Of a DNA stretch of 64,000 bases, positions 50,501 through 59,611 are shown one piece after another (positions within the stretch are counted from its first letter, which is position 1; every line of letters begins with the position of its first letter). A program made the position numbers and the translations under genes. This DNA comes from Candidatus Cloacimonadales bacterium (lineage in GTDB: Bacteria > Cloacimonadota > Cloacimonadia > Cloacimonadales > JAIOQZ01). Below the pieces are notes generated by a model. That model did not search any database, was not told the DNA's origin, and worked only from the letters and a program-made list of their open reading frames with translations. Where the stretch lies: NCBI GenBank assembly GCA_963674825.1, contig OY771587.1:896001-960000 (forward strand), written 5' to 3'.

Positions 50501-51629
50501 CATCATCGGCGACCTGAACATCTCCAACGGCGGTGCAATCTACCCGGAAGATGTGACCAGCCTGTTGGACATCGTAGGAACCGAAACCACTTCCTGGATC
50601 AACGACCGTTTAAGCCTCGATAAGCGCTCGAAGGAGAAGAAAAGGAAGTCTCGATACTCGGAATACGTTCGCATTGGCGTACCAATCACGATGGACCTGA
50701 TGCTGCACTTCAAGGACAATTGTTTCTATGTTATGAATCCATGCAACTTCGAGGTGAATCCAGATAGCTATCTCCAACTATATCTTTGGGACAAGTATAT
50801 CTTTGTGAAAGAGGCGATGTTCACTTCCGAGCGAGGAACGATGGACCTCTTCGGCTCGACCTTCCAGGTGGATTACGTCGAAGTGGTGGTTAACCAGTAT
50901 CTAGATAAGAAAGGCGACGAAATCCTTGGTCTCAGCGACTATGACGTGAAGATCAAAGCCTCGCTCTATAACAAGACCGCCGACGGTACCCTAATAACGC
51001 TGGATGTGATTCCGCAGGATCAGGATCGCAAGAACATCATCGGGAACCTCCAGTTCCAGCTCCGTAGCGATGATCCTAACGACCAGACTGTCATGTCCAT
51101 GCTCTCCAAACTTAAGTACGGACGCAGCCACGACGAGGTTACGCAACAACAACAGGAAGCGCTTTTCCAGGATGAAGCGCTCTATATGGCAGGCGCTGGT
51201 GTTGAGAACATCTACATTAATCCGTTCCTTTCGCCGGTCGAGAACACATTCCGTAAGTATCTGCATCTGGACTACTTCTACATCAGGCCGGGCATCTTCC
51301 GCAACCTCTTCTACGAATACGCAGGTTCACACGTGGACGAGATCGAACCGGTGGAACAGGAAAGCAATATGTCGCGCTTCAGTGGTATTCTGCTGAACGA
51401 TCTTTCAGTCCGCCTCGGCAAGTACCTCACGCGAAACCTGTTTGTCGATTACGAATTTCTGGTGGAGAAAACAACGGATATCGAGCGCACCAGGATGACA
51501 TTATCGCACGATTTCACAGTGCGTTACGACCTCCCTTGGAGATTCAGGCTCGGATACACCTACCGGCTCGAGAACGATATCAATACTCAGGTGCATCAAA
51601 TCATGCTGGAAAAATCTTTACGATTTTGA
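47544..51629 (+). CDS. Large AsmA/TamB-like envelope protein
   Basis: 1361 aa; N-terminal TM anchor, long amphipathic beta-rich body; no diagnostic motif verified. Confidence 0.6.
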   Translation: MKYKKWLPIVVAILFLINLAAFIVFKVIDLDLLVRDKITRRITSTLNAEVTIDDFTLDDQQVNISGMTIDWREQNMKLTVDQVYIRYKLRKLLFSGFSIPGVIDQISIYNPRFDILIESAVDKSPKEFPSLEEILENLPDLSGYFNVLTAENGTVSLRYDSPEITVADTIRAIRIYARNEELCHVGFTAGDSLAGLTGSLVMQRGEFLNADVKLSDYRPDVLDIPMFDDLDFRFDSHVHLTKQGFRLDGAIRDLRVDYRDQKVRADSIAYEGSLDSIMVRTQRMSFNGDPVRQQVIVTNPLKPERRIEGTFHSVINVQNYVDSLDGHFEVDGNLTNETGEILFFAGVSSDSLRYGSHIVRDIKGNLEADMEGVRFDLNRLLFERNRLSAQGVYNFEKGLHVDVDAPGFIWDESGLVAEGNIVATVDYHQGKPLVVTATMEDFAVHDQYIEISDLSADIDLTGDQLSVRILERNEHLEIALEADLAKESISADLQFTRFDLKKYLPFMNSLGSSLPAVNGNVHIIGDRNNIQLDSRLRIYEERYGMLDGFLITNAVIDLLHERTYLHVRTRSGVYNYEPIKFHMLAAGDLQSLHTLDCRINDQIAVDLHLSRKPELDFGFRIRAKDIVIPDYLQYFMNNYNARKFEGETDFDFAYNMDADDRVKGWLTLEDFRYENVCPLSTMFRFSGTKESVQFEPFMVTSVGQLVSRGEASVHLEPKPSVLFNLSTDDLDLKKLFMDSNNRGTVSGAVNCRFMEGDDHIEGWVSARDINLSGFQADSIYVEASQESGQLRIDTLYAYQKPYFEMNVSGAIGYNFLREKAFEDSSVVKVAFSGDFLKMLSDRFSFLHHGQSSAEIKLELGLKDEQFNIRSGNIQLKDGEIKPDYFNTKVRDIQIDMRIEDDILNIEEFSLGTEGPGRLHIENDNIGAEDQFKLGTLQMGYFYAYTDQEGIWASIPWYMPENTLGNAIITGRNEDRAKISGPFDDIHIIGDLNISNGGAIYPEDVTSLLDIVGTETTSWINDRLSLDKRSKEKKRKSRYSEYVRIGVPITMDLMLHFKDNCFYVMNPCNFEVNPDSYLQLYLWDKYIFVKEAMFTSERGTMDLFGSTFQVDYVEVVVNQYLDKKGDEILGLSDYDVKIKASLYNKTADGTLITLDVIPQDQDRKNIIGNLQFQLRSDDPNDQTVMSMLSKLKYGRSHDEVTQQQQEALFQDEALYMAGAGVENIYINPFLSPVENTFRKYLHLDYFYIRPGIFRNLFYEYAGSHVDEIEPVEQESNMSRFSGILLNDLSVRLGKYLTRNLFVDYEFLVEKTTDIERTRMTLSHDFTVRYDLPWRFRLGYTYRLENDINTQVHQIMLEKSLRF

Positions 51630-51679
51630 TGCGTATGACTTCTTGACATAAACGATAATGCTATGTTATAAGGGATAAA

Positions 51680-52789
51680 ATGAAAAGCGATACAGTGTTT
51701 TTATCGGTCGATTGTCTTAGAAATTTCATGGAGAAGGTGTTTGTCAAACTCGGTGTACCGGAAGAGGATGCGGTAATCTGCGCGGATGTGCTGATCACCA
51801 GCGATCTTCACGGAATCGAATCGCACGGCATCGGCAGATTGAAGATGTATTACGACCGCATCCGCGAGGGCATCCTGAATCCCGTGACCAAAATCGACGT
51901 TATGCGCGATAAAGGCGCAACAGCTGTGTGGGACGGCAATCATGGCATGGGACATGTTATCGGCAAGAAAGCGATGCACAAGGCGATCGAGAAGGCCGGT
52001 CAGTACGGCGTCGGAATTGTCACCGTGCGAAATTCGAGCCACTACGGAATCGCCGGCTATTATGCCAAACTCGCTGTTGAACAGGGCATGATCGGCATCA
52101 CGTTCACGAACGCGCGTCCGTCGATCGCACCAACATTCGGGACAACTCCCATGCTGGGAACGAACCCGATCTGCTTCGGTGCGCCGTCGGACATGGACTA
52201 CCCGTTTCTCTTTGATGCAGCGACATCCATAAGCCAGCGCGGAAAGATCGAAGTGCTGGATCGCGAAGAGAAAGAGACACCATCCGGTTGGGCTATCGAT
52301 TCCGAAGGTAACCCCTACACGGATACGCCCAAACTATTGGTTGATCTGATCAAACAGAATGCCGCGATGCTGCCCCTTGGCGGGATTGGTGAAACGATGG
52401 GTGGTCACAAGGGCTACGGCCTGGCAACAATGGTAGAAATCCTCTGCGCGTCATTGCAAAACGGTAGCTTTCTGAATGGACTGCACGGATTCGATCAAGA
52501 TGGCAAACGCGTTCCGCACGCTCTGGGCCATTTCTTCATGGCGATTGATATAAGCTTCTTCACCGAACCGGAGGATTTCTGCCGGACAACCGGTGAAATC
52601 ATGCGTCAGCTCAAAGGAGCAAAGCTTGCGATTGGCGCAGAAAAGATTTTTATCGCAGGAGAGAAGGAACACGAGAACATACAACGCGTTATGAAAGAGG
52701 GAGTTCCGGTGATTCCGAATTTACAGAAGAATATTCGTATCATGCAGGAAAAACTGGGCCTGGATGATGACCTGATACCAAGAAGCTGA
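51680..52789 (+). CDS. Ldh2/ComC family (malate/L-lactate/sulfolactate-type) dehydrogenase
   Basis: GIESHG, NSSHYG.AG, GTNP, GHKGYGL. Confidence 0.9.
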   Translation: MKSDTVFLSVDCLRNFMEKVFVKLGVPEEDAVICADVLITSDLHGIESHGIGRLKMYYDRIREGILNPVTKIDVMRDKGATAVWDGNHGMGHVIGKKAMHKAIEKAGQYGVGIVTVRNSSHYGIAGYYAKLAVEQGMIGITFTNARPSIAPTFGTTPMLGTNPICFGAPSDMDYPFLFDAATSISQRGKIEVLDREEKETPSGWAIDSEGNPYTDTPKLLVDLIKQNAAMLPLGGIGETMGGHKGYGLATMVEILCASLQNGSFLNGLHGFDQDGKRVPHALGHFFMAIDISFFTEPEDFCRTTGEIMRQLKGAKLAIGAEKIFIAGEKEHENIQRVMKEGVPVIPNLQKNIRIMQEKLGLDDDLIPRS

Positions 52790-52833
52790 TTAAATCATTA
52801 TTCAAGAATATACATGATAAACAAGGAGGAATT

Positions 52834-54525
52834 ATGAAAAAGGTGCTTGTTATTACAGTGCTGCTGGCCATCGCAATGATGCTACAGGCGCAAAATCCGC
52901 CACGGAACCTCGAAGCTGTTGCCGGCGACGAAATGGTTACACTCAACTGGGATAGCCCGATCGAAAACGGCATGATCGAGATCACTTATCACGACGGTAA
53001 TCCCTACGACGCTTATTATCAGAACTTCGGATTCGGATACGGAACAGTGTTCGACCTTTCCGATTTCGACAATCCCACCCTTCAGAAGCTCGATTTCCGC
53101 CACACATCCTACGACATCATGGGACCGCACGAGTATAACCTTCATATTATTGACTGGGACGATATGTCTGTTATCACGGTGATCGAAGGTCTCGAAACTA
53201 CCGTTAACGACGATTGGGAAACAGATATCAACCTTCAGGAGATTTCCGCCCCGTCGATGGTCGGTATCTTTATCGAACCACTTGGTAACTCTGCAAGCGA
53301 CGCTTATCCAGTTGTTGACATGGATCCCCTCTGCAACTATCTTTCGTACGTTGTCGATGTCGATAACAATTATAGCATCAGTGAAGATCCCGCAGATGGC
53401 GACTTCCTGATCGACCTCTGGATTTCCGCAGATGGTTATCGCAGCGCGAAAGCGAAAAAAGTTCCCATGGTGGAACACCCAGTCTCACTCCACAAGCATG
53501 CACTCAGACCAGCGAATCCACAGTTCTCCACACCGCAGTCACACAACCGCGAGGACGTCCTTGGTTACCTGGTTTATCGCAATAACAACGTGATTACCCC
53601 GAATGTTATTCAGACACTCACCTATATCGACACAAACGTTACCAACGGTGTCGAATATACATATTACGTGACAGCCATGTATGAAAGCGGACAATCCGAA
53701 GGCTCGAATTCTGTCACTGTCGTTCCAAACATCCCGCAAGGGATCTATCTGACCGAAGGTTTTGAATCCAACTATATCCCTTCCGACTGGATTATCATTG
53801 ATGCAGATGGCGACAGCTATAACTGGGTGATGAATGAATCCAGTTTCGAACCGAATTCGGGAAGCCGCTGCGTTTGCTCAGCTTCTTACATCAACAATGT
53901 CGGTCCGCTTACCCCAGATAACTGGCTGATCACCCGTGCTATCGATCTCGAAACCGACGCAATACTGAAATTCTGGGTCGCGCCGCAAGACGAACAGTGG
54001 ATCAATGAACACTACAAAGTGAAGCTCTCTACAACCGGAACCGATATCGACGATTTCGATGTCCTCCTCATGGAAGAAACAATCGCTAGTTCGGCATGGT
54101 CGCAGAAGACGGTCGATCTCTCGGAATACACAGGCGAAACCGTTTACATCGCGTTTGAGCACTGTGAAGTAACCGATATGTTCTTCATCAAGCTGGACGA
54201 CATCCTGGTATATGACCCAACAGAGAACGATAACGACGCAATTACAATGCCCGAGTTCTCGACCAGCTGCTACCCGAATCCGTTCAACCCGGAGACAACC
54301 ATCAGCTATAGCCTGCCGATCGACGCGCAGGTTAAATTGGAAGTCTTTAACATCCGCGGTCAGAAGGTCACCACACTCGTAAACGACCGCGTTGATGCCG
54401 GACAGCATTCGGTTGTCTGGAACGGTACCGATCAGAGCGGAAGCCCTGTCTCCAGCGGTGTCTATTTCTACAAACTCAACACCAGTGGAAATACGCTCAT
54501 TCGCAAGATCGCGCTGATGAAGTAA
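52834..54525 (+). CDS. Secreted protein with FN3, cleaved-adhesin-like and FlgD/T9SS-like C-terminal domains
   Basis: Signal peptide; YTYYVTA; EGFE..W..IDADGD..W, LTPDNWLIT, YIAFEH; YPNPFNPETTI. Confidence 0.85.
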   Translation: MKKVLVITVLLAIAMMLQAQNPPRNLEAVAGDEMVTLNWDSPIENGMIEITYHDGNPYDAYYQNFGFGYGTVFDLSDFDNPTLQKLDFRHTSYDIMGPHEYNLHIIDWDDMSVITVIEGLETTVNDDWETDINLQEISAPSMVGIFIEPLGNSASDAYPVVDMDPLCNYLSYVVDVDNNYSISEDPADGDFLIDLWISADGYRSAKAKKVPMVEHPVSLHKHALRPANPQFSTPQSHNREDVLGYLVYRNNNVITPNVIQTLTYIDTNVTNGVEYTYYVTAMYESGQSEGSNSVTVVPNIPQGIYLTEGFESNYIPSDWIIIDADGDSYNWVMNESSFEPNSGSRCVCSASYINNVGPLTPDNWLITRAIDLETDAILKFWVAPQDEQWINEHYKVKLSTTGTDIDDFDVLLMEETIASSAWSQKTVDLSEYTGETVYIAFEHCEVTDMFFIKLDDILVYDPTENDNDAITMPEFSTSCYPNPFNPETTISYSLPIDAQVKLEVFNIRGQKVTTLVNDRVDAGQHSVVWNGTDQSGSPVSSGVYFYKLNTSGNTLIRKIALMK

Positions 54526-54566
54526 AAGCGCTCGTTCGAAAGATCGCGCTGATATAATTACTCTCC

Positions 54567-54600
54567 AATCCCCTCTCATGATCGTGAGAGGGGATTTTTT
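54567..54600 (+). terminator. Intrinsic terminator
   Basis: AATCCCCTCTCA-TGATCG-TGAGAGGGGATT plus T-run. Confidence 0.8.
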
Positions 54601-54607
54601 ATTGCAT

Positions 54608-54633
54608 GGGCAGGCACAGAGACCTGCCCCTAC
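54608..54633 (-). repeat. GTAG-type REP
   Basis: Minus strand GTAGGGGCAGGTCTCTGTGCCTGCCC; 25/26 identical copy at 60085-60110. Confidence 0.75.
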
Positions 54634-54775
54634 AGCCTTTCCTACCATCATCACACACCAATAAATCAAATCATTCTTCGCCAAGCTATCGATCCCGATT
54701 ATCTTATCATGCTAAGGTAAATGAACGCCGAATGAGGTGATCTCATCGGCAAAGAGAAAAGAGCGCAGAAAAAGA

Positions 54776-54805
54776 TTGACACGCTGAGAATGAGACTGAA
54801 TATCA
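54776..54805 (+). promoter_or_regulatory. Promoter with overlapping Fur-box-like site
   Basis: TTGACA at 54776; TGAGACT-G-AATATCA at 54791-54805 matches TGATAAT-N-ATTATCA at 11/14. Confidence 0.6.
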
Positions 54806-54825
54806 GTTGCAAAAGCGAGGCGCTC

Positions 54826-55263
54826 ATGAAGAAGCAGTACGAGATATTTGCCAAGTTCCTTGATCGGAAGGGACTCAAGATGACACGCTCGCGGAAAACG
54901 ATCTTGCAGGCGGTGTTCGAAACGCACGATCACTTCCACGCTGATCAGCTCTATGAGCAGATCAGGGAGCAGGACGACACTGTTTCCCGCGCGACGGTTT
55001 ACCGGACCATCCCGCTTCTGGTGGAAACAGGGTTGGTTAAGCAGTCGATGCGCCGTAACTCGAAGAATTACTACGAGCACATCTACGGTCATCCAAGTCA
55101 CCTCCATTTGATCTGCACACGATGCGGAAGCATCTACGAAGAGAAGTCAGGGAATATGGAGCGAGAACTGCGAAAACTGTGCGAGAAACGAATGTTCCGG
55201 GTGGATGAGTTCACTATCACCATCAAGGGACTCTGCCGGAAATGCGCGGAAAGGAAAGGATAA
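54826..55263 (+). CDS. fur: Fur family transcriptional regulator
   Basis: VSRATVYRT, H.HLICTRCG, GLCRKC. Confidence 0.9.
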   Translation: MKKQYEIFAKFLDRKGLKMTRSRKTILQAVFETHDHFHADQLYEQIREQDDTVSRATVYRTIPLLVETGLVKQSMRRNSKNYYEHIYGHPSHLHLICTRCGSIYEEKSGNMERELRKLCEKRMFRVDEFTITIKGLCRKCAERKG

Positions 55264-55264
55264 A

Positions 55265-55564
55265 ATGTTCAGAGGTATAGGGAAACGATTCCGCAGAATG
55301 GGCGGAAAAGGTCACGGTGGAAAGCACTGCCATTGCCATCGAAAAAATGGGTTTGCGCATCGTCCGCTTGATGAATGCGCCGAAAACGAACGGGTCTGCA
55401 TTCATCGCAATCCTGACCGTCAGACCATGGAGATGGGCCTGCACAACGGTGGACTTGTCATCATGCTCAAGAATGATCCGTCCGACAACAACATCGTCGT
55501 GGGAATCGGAAACTCTCGGTTCATCCTCTCGAAACGGGTTGCCAAGCTTATCGAAGTAGGGTAG
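55265..55564 (+). CDS. feoA: FeoA family protein with His/Cys-rich N-terminal extension
   Basis: PLDEC.E.E...I, MEMGLHNG, VVGIGNSRFILS..VA..I.V. Confidence 0.8.
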   Translation: MFRGIGKRFRRMGGKGHGGKHCHCHRKNGFAHRPLDECAENERVCIHRNPDRQTMEMGLHNGGLVIMLKNDPSDNNIVVGIGNSRFILSKRVAKLIEVG

Positions 55565-55568
55565 TATC

Positions 55569-55802
55569 ATGGTGCGCGAGCTTCGCAATTACATCGTTGA
55601 GCATGGACAGGCAGATATGTGGACGCTGTCCAATCGCTTCCATGCCGAGCCGACGGCAATCCGTCCGATGCTGGAGATGCTGATTCGTAAGGGTGAGATA
55701 GCAAAATCGCATTTCCAATGCGATTCTTGCGGTCTCAATAGCTGTACGGGATGCGGCTCGCAGCTGTTATCTGAAATCTACGTCAGCAAAAAATCTGCTT
55801 AG
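55569..55802 (+). CDS. feoC: FeoC-like winged-helix protein with Cys cluster
   Basis: ELRNYI..HG, LS.RF, MLEMLIRKG.I, CDSCGLNSCTGC. Confidence 0.75.
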   Translation: MVRELRNYIVEHGQADMWTLSNRFHAEPTAIRPMLEMLIRKGEIAKSHFQCDSCGLNSCTGCGSQLLSEIYVSKKSA

Positions 55803-55857
55803 GTTTGGAATTTGATTCCTTCCCTTGTAGGTTGTAACATGTAACTCGTAAACGCCC

Positions 55858-56445
55858 CTAATCTTCCTGCCACGTAATCGTATCGCCTGGTTTGATACCA
55901 TACATATCCGTGTAACCGGCATTTACTTCCACTACGTACCGAGAGGGGCCTTCGCTGGGAATCATGTCCTCATTCAAGGGTTTCGTATTTTTAGCGATAT
56001 GCACAATGTTTCCAGCCGTATCCACATAGATAATATCCAGCGGGATATAGGTGTTTCTCATCCAGAACGAGCGTTCGATCTCGGAAGAAAAGATGAACAG
56101 CATGCCACGATTTTCCTGCATCTGTTTGCGGAACATCAGACCACGAGTCCGGGAGAATTCGGTCGCGACAATTTCGATCTCGATTTCGGAGCGGAACTCG
56201 CCATTCGGACTTTCGAATCGCAGCGTTCCATCGCGACGGAACTTGATCTCTGGTAGATTTCGCTCAGTATAAGTTCCCGCCTTTGGCTTGTGCTTTTTAG
56301 TTTCCTGTTCTTCTCCACTTCGATTGTAAAGGTGAAGAAAGTAGGCCAATAACATACCAAACAGGATCGCCATCATGAAGATTGCAATTCTCATTTTTAA
56401 TCTGGGTTGTTTATCCTTTTCGGGTGCCTGTCTGTTCTTCTTCAT
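55858..56445 (-). CDS. DUF192 domain membrane-anchored protein
   Basis: RTRGLMFR, GMLFIF, FWMRNTYIPLDI, YVVEVNAG. Confidence 0.9.
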   Translation of the reverse strand: MKKNRQAPEKDKQPRLKMRIAIFMMAILFGMLLAYFLHLYNRSGEEQETKKHKPKAGTYTERNLPEIKFRRDGTLRFESPNGEFRSEIEIEIVATEFSRTRGLMFRKQMQENRGMLFIFSSEIERSFWMRNTYIPLDIIYVDTAGNIVHIAKNTKPLNEDMIPSEGPSRYVVEVNAGYTDMYGIKPGDTITWQED

Positions 56446-56587
56446 ATTGTCTCCCTCAGAATTCACGCGAGATAATCATATCTTGTTTATGTGTCAAAGG
56501 ATTTCAGGATTTGATTGACAAATTCCTTTTCCAGCGAGTTTCTCGTCTTGTCAAAGATTGATAATCTAATGAAATTGAGGACTTATT

Positions 56588-57883
56588 TTGAAATTCTTTA
56601 TCGAAACTTACGGATGTCAGATGAACGTCGCGGATTCCGAGACTGTAAGCGGAATCCTTACGATGGAGGGACTGGAGCCAGTCGATACGATCGACGAAGC
56701 CGATGTCATCATATTCAATACTTGCACGGTTCGCCAGCATGCCGAGGACCGTGTCATCGGTAGACTCACCAGTGAATTGGTGAGGAAAAAGCAGCGCCCC
56801 GAGCTCGTTTTTGTTATCATCGGCTGCGTTGCACAACGCAAGCGTGACGAACTACTCGAGAGTATTCCCGGTCTCGACCTCGTAGTAGGCGTTGATCAAT
56901 ACCGCATGTTGCCCATGATGATCAGAATGGCTAGTAATTACGGCATACGCAACAGTACCGAATTCGCTAAAACCGAGAACTATGAGAACCTTAAAATAAA
57001 CCGCGGTGGGCACAACAACGCGTTCGTAACCGTCATGCGTGGATGTGACAATTTCTGTTCTTACTGCATCGTACCGCATGTTCGTGGACGCGAAAGGAGC
57101 CGCAATACCCAAGGAATCGTCAACGAAGTCACCCGCGCCGGACGCGAAGGCTTCAAAGAGATTACGCTGCTGGGCCAAAACGTCAATTCTTACAGTTGGG
57201 GCGGCATTGACTTCCCCATGCTGCTGTGGCGTCTGAACGATGTCCAGGAGATCGAACGGCTGCGTTTCGTGACCTCACACCCCAAAGATCTCTCCGAAGA
57301 TCTTATCGAGGCCATCGCCAATTGCGAGAAGGTCTGCGAGCATATTCATCTACCACTGCAAGCCGGTAACGACGAGGTTCTCAGGCGTATGAATCGTGGC
57401 TACACGGCAGACCATTACCGTAACCTGATTCACGAACTGCGGCGCCAGGTTCCGGGGATCGCCATCACGACCGACATCATGACCGGCTTCCCGGGCGAAA
57501 CCGAAGAGGCTTTTCAGGATACGCTGAACCTGATGCGCGAGATCGAATTCGACTTCGCCTTCATGTTCAAATATTCACCTCGCGAAGGAACTCCCGCTGC
57601 CGAGATGACAGACCAGATCGACGAAGAAGTGCGGCTCGACCGTCTTAAACGGATGAACGACCTGCAAGCCGAGATCACCACAAAGAAATATCGTGAGCAG
57701 ATCGGCAGAGAGGTCGAAGTCTATGTCGAGAAGGTCAGCAAGCTCTCCGAGAAAGAGATCTCCGGTAAAACGCGCGACTTCAAGATCGTCGTGTTTGAAG
57801 GCGATCCATCCCAGATCGGTACTTTCGTAAACGTCAAGGTCGACGACGCCGTCGGCTGGACGCTCAAAGGACACCAGATATGA
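56588..57883 (+). CDS. miaB: tRNA-2-methylthio-N6-dimethylallyladenosine synthase
   Basis: TYGCQMN, NTCTVR, radical SAM CDNFCSYC, LLGQNVN, TRAM domain. Confidence 0.95.
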   Translation: MKFFIETYGCQMNVADSETVSGILTMEGLEPVDTIDEADVIIFNTCTVRQHAEDRVIGRLTSELVRKKQRPELVFVIIGCVAQRKRDELLESIPGLDLVVGVDQYRMLPMMIRMASNYGIRNSTEFAKTENYENLKINRGGHNNAFVTVMRGCDNFCSYCIVPHVRGRERSRNTQGIVNEVTRAGREGFKEITLLGQNVNSYSWGGIDFPMLLWRLNDVQEIERLRFVTSHPKDLSEDLIEAIANCEKVCEHIHLPLQAGNDEVLRRMNRGYTADHYRNLIHELRRQVPGIAITTDIMTGFPGETEEAFQDTLNLMREIEFDFAFMFKYSPREGTPAAEMTDQIDEEVRLDRLKRMNDLQAEITTKKYREQIGREVEVYVEKVSKLSEKEISGKTRDFKIVVFEGDPSQIGTFVNVKVDDAVGWTLKGHQI

Positions 57884-59604
57884 ATCACCTGCTTTCCTGG
57901 GTGCATCACGATACATCGCTCATCATCAACGCTAACGCGCTGCTGGTGCTCTCAATCCTGATTCTCACCGGGATCCTGATCGGAAATCTGGCCAAGAAGT
58001 TCAAATTGCCCACCGTCACCGGATGTATTATCGGCGGCGTCCTGCTTGGGCCCTACGTATTGAATATCTTCACCGAATCGGCATATGAGGCATTCTCCCC
58101 CATCACCCATTTCGTGCTGGGACTGATCGGCTTGACCATCGGTAGCCACCTTGATTTCCGTAAGTTGCACAACGCAGGAAAGCGTATCACCTGGATCACC
58201 TTCATGGACGTGCTGGTCACGGCACCGATTGTGTTTCTCGGACTATACCAGTTCTCTGGGCTTTCCGTCGAAGAATGCCTGCTCCTCAGCGCTATCGCCT
58301 GCGCAACAGCTCCCGGATCGGTGCTGCACGTGGTCAAGGAACGCAAGGCCAAGGGAATGTTCACCAAGACAATCCTCGCGGTTGTAGCGTTCAACAATGT
58401 TATCGTAATCCTCTTATTCTACACGCTTTACTACTACGCGGTGGGACGGTTGAAACCGGGCGACGTATCGCTCGTCCAGACTATGTTCAGACCGCTATTG
58501 TACCTCTCCGAGTCGTTTATTACTGGCGGCACGGTCGGCTTCGCGCTGATCTATCTCACCGAAAAACGCAAGAAGGTGCTCTTCTCCTTCCCGGCGATGG
58601 TGCTTTTCGCGCTGGTACTCTCGGTCGGTATTTCCCAGACGCTGCATTTTTCGGGACTTCTTACCAGTCTCATCCTGGGTATGATCATCACCAACTTCTC
58701 GCGCTACCGTGACGACTTCTTCTCCGCGTTCCACGATCTCGAGGAGATCATCTTCGCCACTTTCTTCGTGCTGGCAGGTACACACCTCGATTTTCACGCA
58801 CTGAAGGTTGCTGGACTGGCTGGCGCAGTGCTGATCATCGCGCGTTTTATCGGCAAATTCATCGGCCCCACGCTGGGTACGCAATTCGCCGACAGCACGA
58901 TTACCGTTCGCAAGTGGATCGGCCTGGCGCTCTATCCTCTGGCAGGAGTCGCGATCGGTCTCATGCTCATTATCACCGATACGCCCATCTTCCACGAGCA
59001 CGCCTCCACCCTGGCAGCGATCGTTCTGAGCGCGGTCATTTTCTTCGAGATCATCGGCCCTATCCTGACCGGCATGACCATCTCGAAAGCAGGTGAATCG
59101 CAGAAAAATCGTTTACGCCTGCTCGACTTCCTGCAGGAAGAGTACATTCGGCTAAATATCAATGCCAAGGATAAATGGGAAGCGCTCGAAAGCATGTCGG
59201 AATTCATGCATAAGGTGCACAATATCAAGGAACTAAGCCTCGAAGAACTCAAACAGGGTGTAATCGCACGTGAGAAAGAAATCACCACCGGTATCGGCAA
59301 CAACATCGCCATCCCGCATGTTATCGTAGAAGGCGGTCCGGCTATTCGCGGCGTGATCGGTATATGTAAGGAAGGGATCGAGTTCAATTCCATGGACGAC
59401 CAGCCGGTCAAAATCATCATCCTCATCGCGACACCGAAGGATCGCTACGAATTGCACTTACAGGTACTCGCGAATGTCGCCAAAATTTTCGGACATCACT
59501 CTCACATCAAGGAATTGATCGTGCACGCGCGCACACCGGAAGAGGTGTATGAAATCCTCCAACGCGAAGAAGTCGATAAGCTGAATCCCTTCTTCGAGGA
59601 TTGA
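57880..59604 (+). CDS. Cation:proton antiporter fused to a PTS EIIA (Ntr/Fru-type) domain
   Basis: About 12 TM CPA-like region; C-terminal REKEITTGIGNNIAIPH. Confidence 0.88.
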   Translation: MNHLLSWVHHDTSLIINANALLVLSILILTGILIGNLAKKFKLPTVTGCIIGGVLLGPYVLNIFTESAYEAFSPITHFVLGLIGLTIGSHLDFRKLHNAGKRITWITFMDVLVTAPIVFLGLYQFSGLSVEECLLLSAIACATAPGSVLHVVKERKAKGMFTKTILAVVAFNNVIVILLFYTLYYYAVGRLKPGDVSLVQTMFRPLLYLSESFITGGTVGFALIYLTEKRKKVLFSFPAMVLFALVLSVGISQTLHFSGLLTSLILGMIITNFSRYRDDFFSAFHDLEEIIFATFFVLAGTHLDFHALKVAGLAGAVLIIARFIGKFIGPTLGTQFADSTITVRKWIGLALYPLAGVAIGLMLIITDTPIFHEHASTLAAIVLSAVIFFEIIGPILTGMTISKAGESQKNRLRLLDFLQEEYIRLNINAKDKWEALESMSEFMHKVHNIKELSLEELKQGVIAREKEITTGIGNNIAIPHVIVEGGPAIRGVIGICKEGIEFNSMDDQPVKIIILIATPKDRYELHLQVLANVAKIFGHHSHIKELIVHARTPEEVYEILQREEVDKLNPFFED

Positions 59605-59611
59605 TCCCCCC

